Source: Candidatus Woesearchaeota archaeon (GTDB taxonomy: Archaea > Nanobdellota > Nanobdellia > Woesearchaeales > B72-G16). From it: a DNA stretch of 41,119 nt. Position 1 is the first letter of the stretch. The number at the start of each line of letters is the position of its first letter. Of the stretch, positions 10,452 to 19,470 are shown piece after piece. The DNA lies in NCBI GenBank assembly GCA_003650545.1, contig QMQO01000008.1, positions 1 through 41,119 of the forward strand. The letters run 5' to 3'. The translations under genes and the position numbers were made by a program. The notes below the pieces were generated by a model. The model saw only the letters and a list, made by a program, of their open reading frames with translations. It was not told the DNA's origin and ran no database searches.

Positions 10452-10694
10452 TTACATAAATACACTTGTAACTGCGCTTAGAACTGCAACTTTGGACGCT
10501 GGTTGCAGCTCAATCTTCTCGATATTAGATCTTACATCCATCTGATGTTTAAGAGTTTTTAACATCAGGTTAATCTCACGAAGGGCGCCATATAACTGTT
10601 GGAGCTCATTAGGATGAAGCTCGTCCGAACGTTTTTTTATTATACTTAGTATTCTATCGCGCCTATGCTCAAATATGTTAAATATTTCTTTCAT
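10452..10694 (-). CDS. Small helical hypothetical protein
   Basis: 80-aa ORF with AGGTG SD-like motif upstream and amphipathic helical composition. Confidence 0.7.
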   Translation of the reverse strand: MKEIFNIFEHRRDRILSIIKKRSDELHPNELQQLYGALREINLMLKTLKHQMDVRSNIEKIELQPASKVAVLSAVTSVFM

Positions 10695-10922
10695 TTTTTC
10701 ACCTTGAATAAGAGAGTAGTGTCAAATTATATATAGATAACCAATAGAAAGTACGACAGATACGACAACAAGGTAAAATCTAATTCTTGATAGTATCATG
10801 TCCAAATCAGAGAGGCGAGACTCTTTCTTTTAGAAATTTATATTTAGAAATGTATAAAACTATATAATTAATGCTGAAATGTCGATCCATGTAGAGTGAA
10901 GCTTTTCTCTGTGAGGAGGAGA

Positions 10923-11861
10923 CTAGATTTTTCTTATCTTTGCTACAAAAAATCCTCCTGTGTTATTGTCTTGCGGCCAAATCCTTAAACAATGTTTGAC
11001 TCCTTTATTATAACTCTCTCCTTCAAACCCCATTACAGCTGGACTGTGATTTATATTAAGTTTGATTTTCTCTATCCTAGCTTCTTGATGGTTATCTAAT
11101 AAATAAGATATAACTCCTTCATCTTCTTCTGGCTCTAATGAACATGTAGAATAGACAAGAGTCCCGCCTTTTTTTAGATTTTTGCAGAAAACTGTCTCTA
11201 GAATAGATTTCTGGTTTCTAGATAATCTTTTTATTAAAGCTGGATTCCACATACTAACTGTTTTTAGTGATTTTCTTATAGTACCTGTACCTGAACATGG
11301 AGCATCGACTAAAATCTTATTGAACTGTTGCTTAAAGCTGCGGGCATCCATTTGGGTAACTATTACATTTGTACAACCACATCGCTGAAGGTTAATACCA
11401 AGAGCTGCAAGACGTTTGCCTGTCAGGTCATTTGCAACTATGATGCCTCTGTTCTTCATTATAGCAGAGAGTTGTGTTGTCTTGCTTCCTGGTGCTGCAC
11501 AACAGTCTAAAACTATATCAGTTGGTTTTGGGTTAAGAACAACTGGAGGGATCATGCTAACTGCTTCTTGAACATAGATATAACCGAGAGAATGCTCGGC
11601 AGTGTTACCAATATCGCGTCTACCAGTTTCATGGGAAAAGTAAAATCCTTCCTTACACCAAGGTATCTGCTTTAGGTGCCAGTCTTTCATCCTTCCTTTT
11701 ATCCTATTGACACTAATTTTGATTGTGTTAATTCTTATCGATCTATCGAGGTAGCTTAAAGAATATTGTTTGAATTTTTCAAACTCTGTCAATTTGGAGT
11801 AACGTTCTATAAATGTGGGTTTAAACTCTAGTTCTGCTGCGTTAGGGTTGATTTTAGGCAT
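10923..11861 (-). CDS. NOL1/NOP2/Sun (RsmB/RsmF family) RNA cytosine-C5 methyltransferase
   Basis: Motifs YVQE, LDCCAAPGSKT, LVDAPCSGTG, LVYSTCS..PEEDE and GFFVA; both catalytic Cys present. Confidence 0.96.
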   Translation of the reverse strand: MPKINPNAAELEFKPTFIERYSKLTEFEKFKQYSLSYLDRSIRINTIKISVNRIKGRMKDWHLKQIPWCKEGFYFSHETGRRDIGNTAEHSLGYIYVQEAVSMIPPVVLNPKPTDIVLDCCAAPGSKTTQLSAIMKNRGIIVANDLTGKRLAALGINLQRCGCTNVIVTQMDARSFKQQFNKILVDAPCSGTGTIRKSLKTVSMWNPALIKRLSRNQKSILETVFCKNLKKGGTLVYSTCSLEPEEDEGVISYLLDNHQEARIEKIKLNINHSPAVMGFEGESYNKGVKHCLRIWPQDNNTGGFFVAKIRKI

Positions 11862-12226
11862 GCTACTATGGTTATTACATATATTAATATATGTTGTGGT
11901 TAATGAAATTAATAAAAGCTAGAAGCACTAACTATAACATTATATATAACATAGGAAAATATAACATAGAGAAAGATCTTAGCTAGATGATTATAAACAA
12001 AACTAGACACAATAATAAACAGGTTATAAAATTATAATAAATAAGTAAATAATTGAAAAATAAATAAAACAGGTAGATGATAGACAGAGTAACAGGAAAT
12101 TATTAATTTGCATTTTAAGGGTGAAGACTCTAAGTGTTACATCTTGGCAAACATTACAAATAATAATTTTTGATTTAAATAACCTTTAGAGTTATTTCTA
12201 AGAATTTAACAGTATTGCTTATTCCA

Positions 12227-13894
12227 CTAAACTTTCTTGACCATATAAGGTCCCTGTTTTTTATACTTTTGTTTGCGATAATATTCCCGCACACCAACAC
12301 CAGAAATAATGACAATCTTATCCTTATCATGCAGCTTTGCAATTTTCTCTGCTAGCTTTAACAACCTCTTACCAAGACCACGGTGTTGAATATAGGCTTT
12401 CTTTCCAAGAGCAGCAGGTTCACCGTAAACATGTAACTCTCGTATTAATGCTGTTCCTTTAGTTATCTCTTTTCTTAACTGAACTGATGGGAAACGCATC
12501 CTGCAAAAGCCAAGCAAAGATTCGCCACTTATAGCTTCAATAAAAAATTCTCTACCATGGCTAGCTTCATATTCTATAGTATTATAGGTTATCTTTCCTA
12601 ATGTCTTTAAAGTTCTGCCAACCTCTCTACATCTGATGCAACTACATTTAATATTGCGAAGCTTCATTAACGAATGAATGTACTGACGGAGATTCGTCTT
12701 ATTAACACCTGCTACAATTTTATAACTTGGGATATCACGCTGCACTCGCATGATTCTGCAATATTTAGGAACAAATTTTTTGAAGTCTGCAATTAAAGAA
12801 GCAGCTTGTTTTGTTGTTAATGGTTTAAATTTGCCTTTCTTGTAAAGCTGATATAACTTTGTACCTTTTATTACTATACACGGATAAATTTTTAGCATAT
12901 CTGGACGATAGTCTGAGTCAGAAAAAAGCAGTTTCATTCCAGCCAAATCATAACTTCTATTCACAAATAAGCCAGGCATGTAATGAAAATTGAGTTTAAA
13001 CCCAAGATCTTTCAAGGTTCGGATAGAGTCTATATTATCTTGTACTGTGTGACCTCGTTTAATCTTTTTTAGAACCTCGTCATAGACAGATTGTATGCCT
13101 AGTTCAATGCGGGTACAACCTAGATTCAATAAAAAATTACCGTGCTCAAGTGTTCCGTAGTCTGCACGGGTTTCAATTGTTAAGCCGACACATTTCACAA
13201 CCGATGTTTCATTTAGTTTTTGTTCTCGCTTAAGAGATTTTTTATTTTTATTTTTTTCTTTCAGAGCTTTTTTATGGATGGACGCAACCCTTTCTTCTGA
13301 ACTTACTTTTCCCGGAAGTTCAAAAAATTGCTTGAATTTTTTTATATTAATAACACCGTTTTTAAAGAAGATTCTTGAGAAATCATTCATCGCTTTAAAA
13401 CAGTTTTTTATAAATTCTTGTTGGTAATTTCTAGGAAAGCTCGGAAATGTTCCCCCCATTATTATTAACTCAATTTTCTCAGGTAAGTGTCCTGTGACAA
13501 TGTATTGCTCCAATCTATTAAAGATTTGCAAGTAAGGATCAAATTTATTTCTTAAAGCACGCATTGTTGCTGGTTCATAACCAGTGTAAGATTTTGGGAT
13601 CCCTTTTTTAGTATAGCTAGGGCACATTATGCAGCTACCATGGGGACACTCGTATGGGGCTGACATAACTGCGATGATTGCGACTCCAGAAATTGTACGA
13701 GTTGGTTTTGTTAATAGTTGTTTTTTTAGTTTTGGTATATCTTTTTCAGAGGCATTAAGAAGGATCTCAACATCTGTTGGAGGATATTTCAGATTATATT
13801 TTTTACAAAGTTTTAACTTTAGTCTGTTGATTTTGTCTTTGCTGAGTTTTTTTGATTTTATTTCTTCTATCAGTTCATTGTAATAGGATTGCAT
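12227..13894 (-). CDS. elp3: Elp3 tRNA U34 carboxymethyltransferase (radical SAM + GNAT)
   Basis: RTISGVA, CPHGSCIMCP, PKSYTG.EP, MGGTF, RVQRDIP, C.CIRCRE, RELHVYG, QHRGLG, ISGVGVREYY. Confidence 0.97.
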   Translation of the reverse strand: MQSYYNELIEEIKSKKLSKDKINRLKLKLCKKYNLKYPPTDVEILLNASEKDIPKLKKQLLTKPTRTISGVAIIAVMSAPYECPHGSCIMCPSYTKKGIPKSYTGYEPATMRALRNKFDPYLQIFNRLEQYIVTGHLPEKIELIIMGGTFPSFPRNYQQEFIKNCFKAMNDFSRIFFKNGVINIKKFKQFFELPGKVSSEERVASIHKKALKEKNKNKKSLKREQKLNETSVVKCVGLTIETRADYGTLEHGNFLLNLGCTRIELGIQSVYDEVLKKIKRGHTVQDNIDSIRTLKDLGFKLNFHYMPGLFVNRSYDLAGMKLLFSDSDYRPDMLKIYPCIVIKGTKLYQLYKKGKFKPLTTKQAASLIADFKKFVPKYCRIMRVQRDIPSYKIVAGVNKTNLRQYIHSLMKLRNIKCSCIRCREVGRTLKTLGKITYNTIEYEASHGREFFIEAISGESLLGFCRMRFPSVQLRKEITKGTALIRELHVYGEPAALGKKAYIQHRGLGKRLLKLAEKIAKLHDKDKIVIISGVGVREYYRKQKYKKQGPYMVKKV

Positions 13895-13915
13895 AATATA
13901 AAGAATAAAAGAAGA

Positions 13916-13923
13916 TTTATAAA
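13916..13923 (-). promoter_or_regulatory. Archaeal TATA box for elp3 (probably a leaderless mRNA)
   Basis: TTTATAAA 22-29 nt upstream of the ATG at 13894; no SD motif. Confidence 0.65.
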
Positions 13924-14232
13924 GTTATTCAAACTAGTTTGAAATATTTTTATTTTATTTATTTGTGTTTTTCTTCAAAGTACAATCTTGTGATTGGACA
14001 CAACATCTGATTGTTATTGATTCTATTTTGTTATAAGGATTTTAATGCTGAAGGAGTAGAGGAAAGATATTGAAAGGAATATTAAGAATATTTTTGAGAA
14101 GAAAATATTGAGCACTAATATTCAAATACATGTTCAAATATATTTTCTGTTTCCTAAAAAGATTAACGAGATCATTAAGTTACAATTTTTTAATCTCTGA
14201 TGACTTGTTATAGTCTCTGAGAATTAAATTTT

Positions 14233-16179
14233 TCATATCACAGGCACTTCGATGTGGCGTTTACCGATCTTGAAGCCATAGATATAAATGTATTGCCAGA
14301 ATAAGCCCCACTTACGCTCTACCTTGACTGCAAAACCTGCTTTTCTAAAAAAAGACGCGATCTTCTCGTCAGTCTCGAGCCACTCGACATTCCTGATTAG
14401 ATGGAAGAATCTATCATATTCGACAACAAAGATCTTACCACCTATTGGAAGACGTTTATACCAACCTTGCATAACAGCGTCTATATTCTGCACGGTGCTT
14501 AATGTTCCAACAGATACTACAGCGTCTATTTCAGGGATAACTGGGTGTACACGCTTGTGATGCTGCTCGTCATATAAAAACTTCACGTGTGTATGACCTT
14601 TTTTGGTAACTCGGTGATGTGCTATCTTTATCTGACCCATTGAGTGACTAGTTGCATAAACCTTACCACTTGGCAACACAGCTTTAGCTAGATGCAATGT
14701 GAGCGTTCCAACATTACAACCATATTCTAGTATCTTTTTTCCACGAATAGAACCAATCAAAGTGATTAGTTTTTTTCTCATTCCCCATGGAAATAAAACG
14801 TTTTCAAGCAGATAAGTTAAAAACGCAAGCCTGTCGCTAAATGCTCTTATAACACTGGGGTTATAATATACATTAACCAAAAGATAGATTGGCAAACAAA
14901 AACCGATCAAAGAGATTGTTACAAGGAAAACGAATAACGCGTGCTCTACAATTTTAACCCAGAGGAATATTAAAACAATATTTATCATTACAATCAAGAC
15001 AGGGATTATTTTTCCTAGAGGTGCTTTATAATGACGAGGATGATCTGGCATCTTATAGCGCAATATGGTTACAGATAAAATGACCAAAGAGTACATTGTA
15101 AGCTCTATAGGAACTAACATTTCAACCAATGTCCTTATCGAACCTATACCTAATATGACTATGCCACAAGTAAGAACAGCCATGAAGAGTATCGCCTTAT
15201 ACGGGGTTTTGTATTTCTGGTGTATGTTTGAAAATGTTCTTGGAAAAAGTTTATCGCGAGCAAGCGCTAGTACCAAGCGAGGAGAAGAAACTGCCTGGCT
15301 TGCTAGGCCACCTATTAATGCGACATATACTATTAATGAAAATATTATTAAAAGTAGACCAGAATAACCAATACTTGTTGCAACAGTTTTGAGAGGAGCT
15401 GCTGCCTCACCAAGGACCTTTGGGTGTATTACAGTTAAAAGAATAAAACTAAAAACTAACGAGAAGATAATGCTGATAACAGTACCCAATATAATCGCCT
15501 TTGGGATAACCTTTTCTGCATTTTCTGTTTCTTCTGCTAAAAAAGTTATGTCTTCCCAGCCAAAGAACATCTCTGAGATAAAAAATATTGTGACAAATAA
15601 TGTTCCAATAGAAAATACTGGGGGAAAGAAAGGAACTAGATTTCTTAGATTTACATGGAATGCTCCAGGTAAAATTATCATAAGGAGCGTGCCAAGCATT
15701 ATAAAAGAGAAGATATTAACTAGCCATGCGCTTTCCTTGACTCCTTTATAAACGATGCTATAAAACCCGATTATGAACATTATGCTTATAGCCATAACAA
15801 TCAAGTTCGCTGTAAGCGTCTCGAAAGGAATTATGTATTTGATTGCTGCAACTATCAATAACGAAGATGTTACTCCATAAGCTAAAATAGCAGTCCAGCC
15901 AATTATAAAACTTGGGAAGCGACCATAAGCTTGCTTACAATACTCGTATGTTCCACCAACCTTAGGAAACATGCTAACTAGTTCTGCAAAACACATCGAT
16001 ATATATATTGATAAAAAGCCAACAATACCTAAAGCTAATAGAGATGCACCCCAAGAAAGTCTGGCAGCTATAGGTGGCAGGAACAGCACCGAGCCTCCTA
16101 TAAGAGAGTTCAAAGTCATAAAGAGTACCATTCTAAAACTAAGTGCTCTCTTCAATTTTGGCTGTTGCTTTTCTTCCAT
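14233..16179 (-). CDS. APC-family amino acid permease fused to a C-terminal class I SAM-dependent methyltransferase-like domain
   Basis: LKRALS, IGGSVLFLP, FAELVSMFPKVGGTYEY, GWE...LAEE, R...ALARD.LFP, TPY.AI with about 12 TMs, followed by soluble KKILEYGCNVG (MTase motif I) and LPIGGKIFVVE. Confidence 0.9.
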   Translation of the reverse strand: MEEKQQPKLKRALSFRMVLFMTLNSLIGGSVLFLPPIAARLSWGASLLALGIVGFLSIYISMCFAELVSMFPKVGGTYEYCKQAYGRFPSFIIGWTAILAYGVTSSLLIVAAIKYIIPFETLTANLIVMAISIMFIIGFYSIVYKGVKESAWLVNIFSFIMLGTLLMIILPGAFHVNLRNLVPFFPPVFSIGTLFVTIFFISEMFFGWEDITFLAEETENAEKVIPKAIILGTVISIIFSLVFSFILLTVIHPKVLGEAAAPLKTVATSIGYSGLLLIIFSLIVYVALIGGLASQAVSSPRLVLALARDKLFPRTFSNIHQKYKTPYKAILFMAVLTCGIVILGIGSIRTLVEMLVPIELTMYSLVILSVTILRYKMPDHPRHYKAPLGKIIPVLIVMINIVLIFLWVKIVEHALFVFLVTISLIGFCLPIYLLVNVYYNPSVIRAFSDRLAFLTYLLENVLFPWGMRKKLITLIGSIRGKKILEYGCNVGTLTLHLAKAVLPSGKVYATSHSMGQIKIAHHRVTKKGHTHVKFLYDEQHHKRVHPVIPEIDAVVSVGTLSTVQNIDAVMQGWYKRLPIGGKIFVVEYDRFFHLIRNVEWLETDEKIASFFRKAGFAVKVERKWGLFWQYIYIYGFKIGKRHIEVPVI

Positions 16180-18806
16180 TTTAACCTTGCCATTAATCTA
16201 TAAAGTTCACCATAGATCAAAACTGTTGAGCTAAGCAATATAACTACAATCCAATCAAAAGCCTGAAGTTGGGTAGTTTTGAAAGCCACATTTAATGGTG
16301 TGTAGATAACGATTAACTGTAGAGTGATTGAGCTTGTGACAGCTAACAAAAGCCAATTGTTACGCTTTACCTTAAAGATAGTACTCTTTTCAGAGCGACA
16401 GTTAAATACATTAAACATTTGATAAAATACTAGTGTGCAGAAAGCTATTGTTGTTGCATAGACATAGTTTGTTCTCATGCCATAGTTAAACGCTATTAGT
16501 GTGCCAGCAGCCATTATTATACCAATAAAAAAGAGATCTAATCCACGACTTTTTGTAATTATTGGTTCTGACTTCTTGCTAGGCTTACGCTGCATTACAT
16601 CTTTTGAAATAGGATCAACTGATAATGAAATTGCAGGAGCACCATCTGTAACGATATTTATCCAAAGCAAATGTAAAGCTAAGAGTGGTAATAATGTTTT
16701 ACCTCCTGCTTTTAAAGTTAGTATTCCAATGAACATTGTGAGGACTTCGCCCGTATTTGAGCTTAGCAAGTACTTCAAGAACTTTTTTATATTATCATAG
16801 ATGCCGCGACCCTCTTCAATAGCATTAACTATGCTTGCAAAGTTGTCGTCTGTTAATATCATGTCACTCGCTTCTTTGGAAACGTCGGTTCCAGTAATGC
16901 CCATTGCAATACCAATATCAGCTCTCTTTAATGCTGGGGCATCATTGACACCATCTCCCGTCATAGCGACAACATGATTGTGTTTCTGAAATGCTGTAAC
17001 AATCTTTTGTTTATGCTCTGGATTGACTCTAGCATAAATACCAATTTCCTTAACATAGTCCTCCAGGTTTTTAATTTTGGCTAGATCTTGACCTGTCATT
17101 GCCTTTCCTTCTATGCCAAGTTCACGAGCAATTGCAATAGCTGTTGTTAAATGATCGCCTGTGATCATCACAACTTTAATACCCGCAGATTTGCATTTAG
17201 CAATAGCTTCTCTGACTTCTTGACGTGGAGGATCGATCATTGCTTGTAAGCCAACAAAAACTAGATTATCTTCTGTTTTTGGGCCATCCAAGTAACGGTA
17301 GGCAAATCCTAAAACGCGTAATGCCTTACATGCAAATTCTTCATTCTGCTTAATAATCTTTTTTTGATATTCAACAGTCATCTTCTGTTCTTTTCCATTG
17401 ATTAGAACTTTTGTGCAACGCTGCAGCAAGATATCAGGAGCACCTTTTGTAAGCATTAAACATTTTCCTTCATCATCGTGTATTGTTGACATCATTTTTC
17501 TTGAAGATTCAAAAGGAATCTCATCTATTCTTGGAAATGTTGTATTAAGAGTTTTTTGTGAATACTCTGCTTTTTGTGCAGAAATTATTAACGCAGCTTC
17601 TGTTGGATCACCTATGACTTTTTCATTTTCAATCTTAGCGTCATTACAAAGAGCGCCAATTCTTAAAAGTATGTCGTAATCTTTAGGGTCAGCCAGTTTG
17701 CCATTTATTAAGAATTCTCCTTCTGGCTTATAACCTGAACCAGTAACATCAATCACTTTGTTGTTAACAAATAATTTTTTGACTGTCATCTGATTGTGTG
17801 TCAAAGTACCTGTCTTATCTGCACAGATAACAGTTGTAGAACCTAGTGTCTCTACACTAGGCAGTTTTCTTATTAGTGCGTTTCTTTTTATCAATCTTCT
17901 TACGCCTAATGAGAGCGAAATAGTAACAACAGCCGGTAAACCTTCAGGAACGGCAGCAACTGCTAGGCCTATTGCGGCCAGAAACATTATCTTAATTGAA
18001 TTTCCTGAAAGAATCCCTGTAAAGAAAACAATTAAACAAATGCCAATGACTGCAATGCTCAATAATTTTCCGAGTTGTTTGAGTTTCTGTTGCAAAGGAG
18101 TTACGATTTCTTCTGTTTCTTGTATCATTGTTGCAATCTTGCCGATTTCGGATTTCATACCTGTAGCAGTTACAACAGCTAAACCTTTCCCACGCGTTAT
18201 AATAGTACTAGAGAATACCATGTTGCTTTGTTCTGCAATTGGTTTATTCTCAAGATAGCAAACATGTTTCTCGACAGGTGTGCTCTCACCGGTTAGGCTT
18301 GCTTCTTGTGTTTCTAGGTTAATTGCTCTAATTAAACGAGCATCTGCTGGAACCTTGTCTCCTTCTGCTAAAACGAGAATATCTCCAGGAACTACTTCTT
18401 TAGCATCTATTTTTTGTTCTTTACCATCTCTAATGACACGGGCTTTGAGGCTTGCTAATTTTTTTAATGCTTCAATAGATTTCTCTGCTTTATATTCTTG
18501 GAAAAAACCAAGCAAGGCATTTAAGATTAGGATGGCAAATATCACTGCGGCATCTATTATCTCTTCTCTGGAATGTTCTACTAATCCTATAATTATAGAG
18601 ACAAAAAATGCAAATATCAGAATGTAGATTATGAAACTTTTAAATTGTGAAAAGAAAATCTTAAGTTTTGATATTTTTTTCTCACGTATGATCTCGTTTA
18701 ACCCATACTTCTCTATTCTGATTGCAGCTTCCTCGCTAGTTAAACCATGCTTATTTGTTCCAAGTAATAGGAACACATCTCTTAGTGGTTTATCGTAGTA
18801 TGTCAT
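16152..18806 (-). CDS. P-type IIA cation (Ca2+/Mn2+-type) transporting ATPase
   Basis: LTGES, PEGL, DKTGTLT, KGAPD, DPPR, MITGD, TGDGVNDAPALK, WINIVTDG. Overlaps the downstream permease by 28 nt. Confidence 0.96.
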   Translation of the reverse strand: MTYYDKPLRDVFLLLGTNKHGLTSEEAAIRIEKYGLNEIIREKKISKLKIFFSQFKSFIIYILIFAFFVSIIIGLVEHSREEIIDAAVIFAILILNALLGFFQEYKAEKSIEALKKLASLKARVIRDGKEQKIDAKEVVPGDILVLAEGDKVPADARLIRAINLETQEASLTGESTPVEKHVCYLENKPIAEQSNMVFSSTIITRGKGLAVVTATGMKSEIGKIATMIQETEEIVTPLQQKLKQLGKLLSIAVIGICLIVFFTGILSGNSIKIMFLAAIGLAVAAVPEGLPAVVTISLSLGVRRLIKRNALIRKLPSVETLGSTTVICADKTGTLTHNQMTVKKLFVNNKVIDVTGSGYKPEGEFLINGKLADPKDYDILLRIGALCNDAKIENEKVIGDPTEAALIISAQKAEYSQKTLNTTFPRIDEIPFESSRKMMSTIHDDEGKCLMLTKGAPDILLQRCTKVLINGKEQKMTVEYQKKIIKQNEEFACKALRVLGFAYRYLDGPKTEDNLVFVGLQAMIDPPRQEVREAIAKCKSAGIKVVMITGDHLTTAIAIARELGIEGKAMTGQDLAKIKNLEDYVKEIGIYARVNPEHKQKIVTAFQKHNHVVAMTGDGVNDAPALKRADIGIAMGITGTDVSKEASDMILTDDNFASIVNAIEEGRGIYDNIKKFLKYLLSSNTGEVLTMFIGILTLKAGGKTLLPLLALHLLWINIVTDGAPAISLSVDPISKDVMQRKPSKKSEPIITKSRGLDLFFIGIIMAAGTLIAFNYGMRTNYVYATTIAFCTLVFYQMFNVFNCRSEKSTIFKVKRNNWLLLAVTSSITLQLIVIYTPLNVAFKTTQLQAFDWIVVILLSSTVLIYGELYRLMARLKWKKSNSQN

Positions 18807-18833
18807 TTTTTATCAGATAGGATAGCATTTATC

Positions 18834-18914
18834 AGGGAAGATAGACAGCAGAATTCCAGACAATTCTTGGGGGTCGAATTGAGAAAGAAGGTTACTGCTG
18901 TCCAACCCTTCCCT
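18834..18914 (-). promoter_or_regulatory. Candidate structured RNA element upstream of the P-type ATPase
   Basis: Minus strand: AGGGAAGG/TCTTCCCT and TGGACAGCAG/CTGCTGTCTA stems enclosing a CAATTC/GAATTG hairpin. G-U pairs favour the minus strand. Confidence 0.5.
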
Positions 18915-18930
18915 TGAATGTAAGTTTTAA

Positions 18931-19197
18931 TCATAAAAGGAGCACCTCTTTTCTTTTGTAAGGAATATTCCATTTTGCAAATACTTCCTGCATCTCTTCA
19001 TCATTCCTAATTGGAATTATGAAACAGCCAGGAACTAGAAAATCTCCGCACATTTTCTTGACTAACCCTTTCTCGCGTTTTCTACCCTTCAAAAGATAGA
19101 CAAATCTTACTTTTTTTGACTTGGAGGATGTTTTTGTTAAGTCATAAGTATAGATAACATAATGCCTCGGGCTTTCGACTCTTTTCTGTTTTTTCAT
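18931..19197 (-). CDS. Small basic protein, Cas2/VapD-like ferredoxin fold (standalone)
   Basis: Probable start MKKQKR at 19197 (88 aa). YVIYTYDL strand ending in Asp, followed by a basic helix and LVPGCFII, resembles the Cas2/VapD pattern. Confidence 0.55.
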   Translation of the reverse strand: MKKQKRVESPRHYVIYTYDLTKTSSKSKKVRFVYLLKGRKREKGLVKKMCGDFLVPGCFIIPIRNDEEMQEVFAKWNIPYKRKEVLLL

Positions 19198-19321
19198 GAT
19201 AAATCGTTTAGGCGTAGCCAAAAGTTTTGAACAAAGAAAATCTGATAAATCAGATTTTATTTGCATTGCTAAATAAAAAAAGAAGTGCGATATATGGCAA
19301 ATATCAAACATGGCAAATATT

Positions 19322-19409
19322 GTTAATAGGTTAACTTTTTTCTACTTTATAAAGTTTACGGTTAATATATTAACTTCATATCAAAAATATTAAAGGTTAA
19401 TATGTTAAC
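19322..19409. promoter_or_regulatory. Three palindromic GTTAA-N4-TTAAC sites in a divergent promoter region
   Basis: GTTAATAGGTTAAC 19322-19335, GTTAATATATTAAC 19361-19374 and GTTAATATGTTAAC 19396-19409; TTTATAAA at 19346-19353. Confidence 0.65.
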
Positions 19410-19470
19410 CAAAAATAGACTTTATAGAATTTATAGAAAGATTTATCTTTATTAGAAAATAACAGGAAGT

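Noticed and set aside
11862..12226. Long AT-rich spacer with short repeats (TATAACAT x3, AAACAGG x2)
   Set aside because: Low-complexity, irregularly spaced, and with no ORF or stable structure; compatible with chance.
18834..18914. yybP-ykoY manganese riboswitch
   Set aside because: The gene context fits, but the conserved GGGGAGUA and GAGACC segments are not present. Kept only as an unassigned structured element.
18931..19470. CRISPR-Cas locus suggested by the Cas2-like gene and short repeats
   Set aside because: The repeats are only 11-14 bp with three or fewer copies, and no cas1 or other cas genes are in the window.
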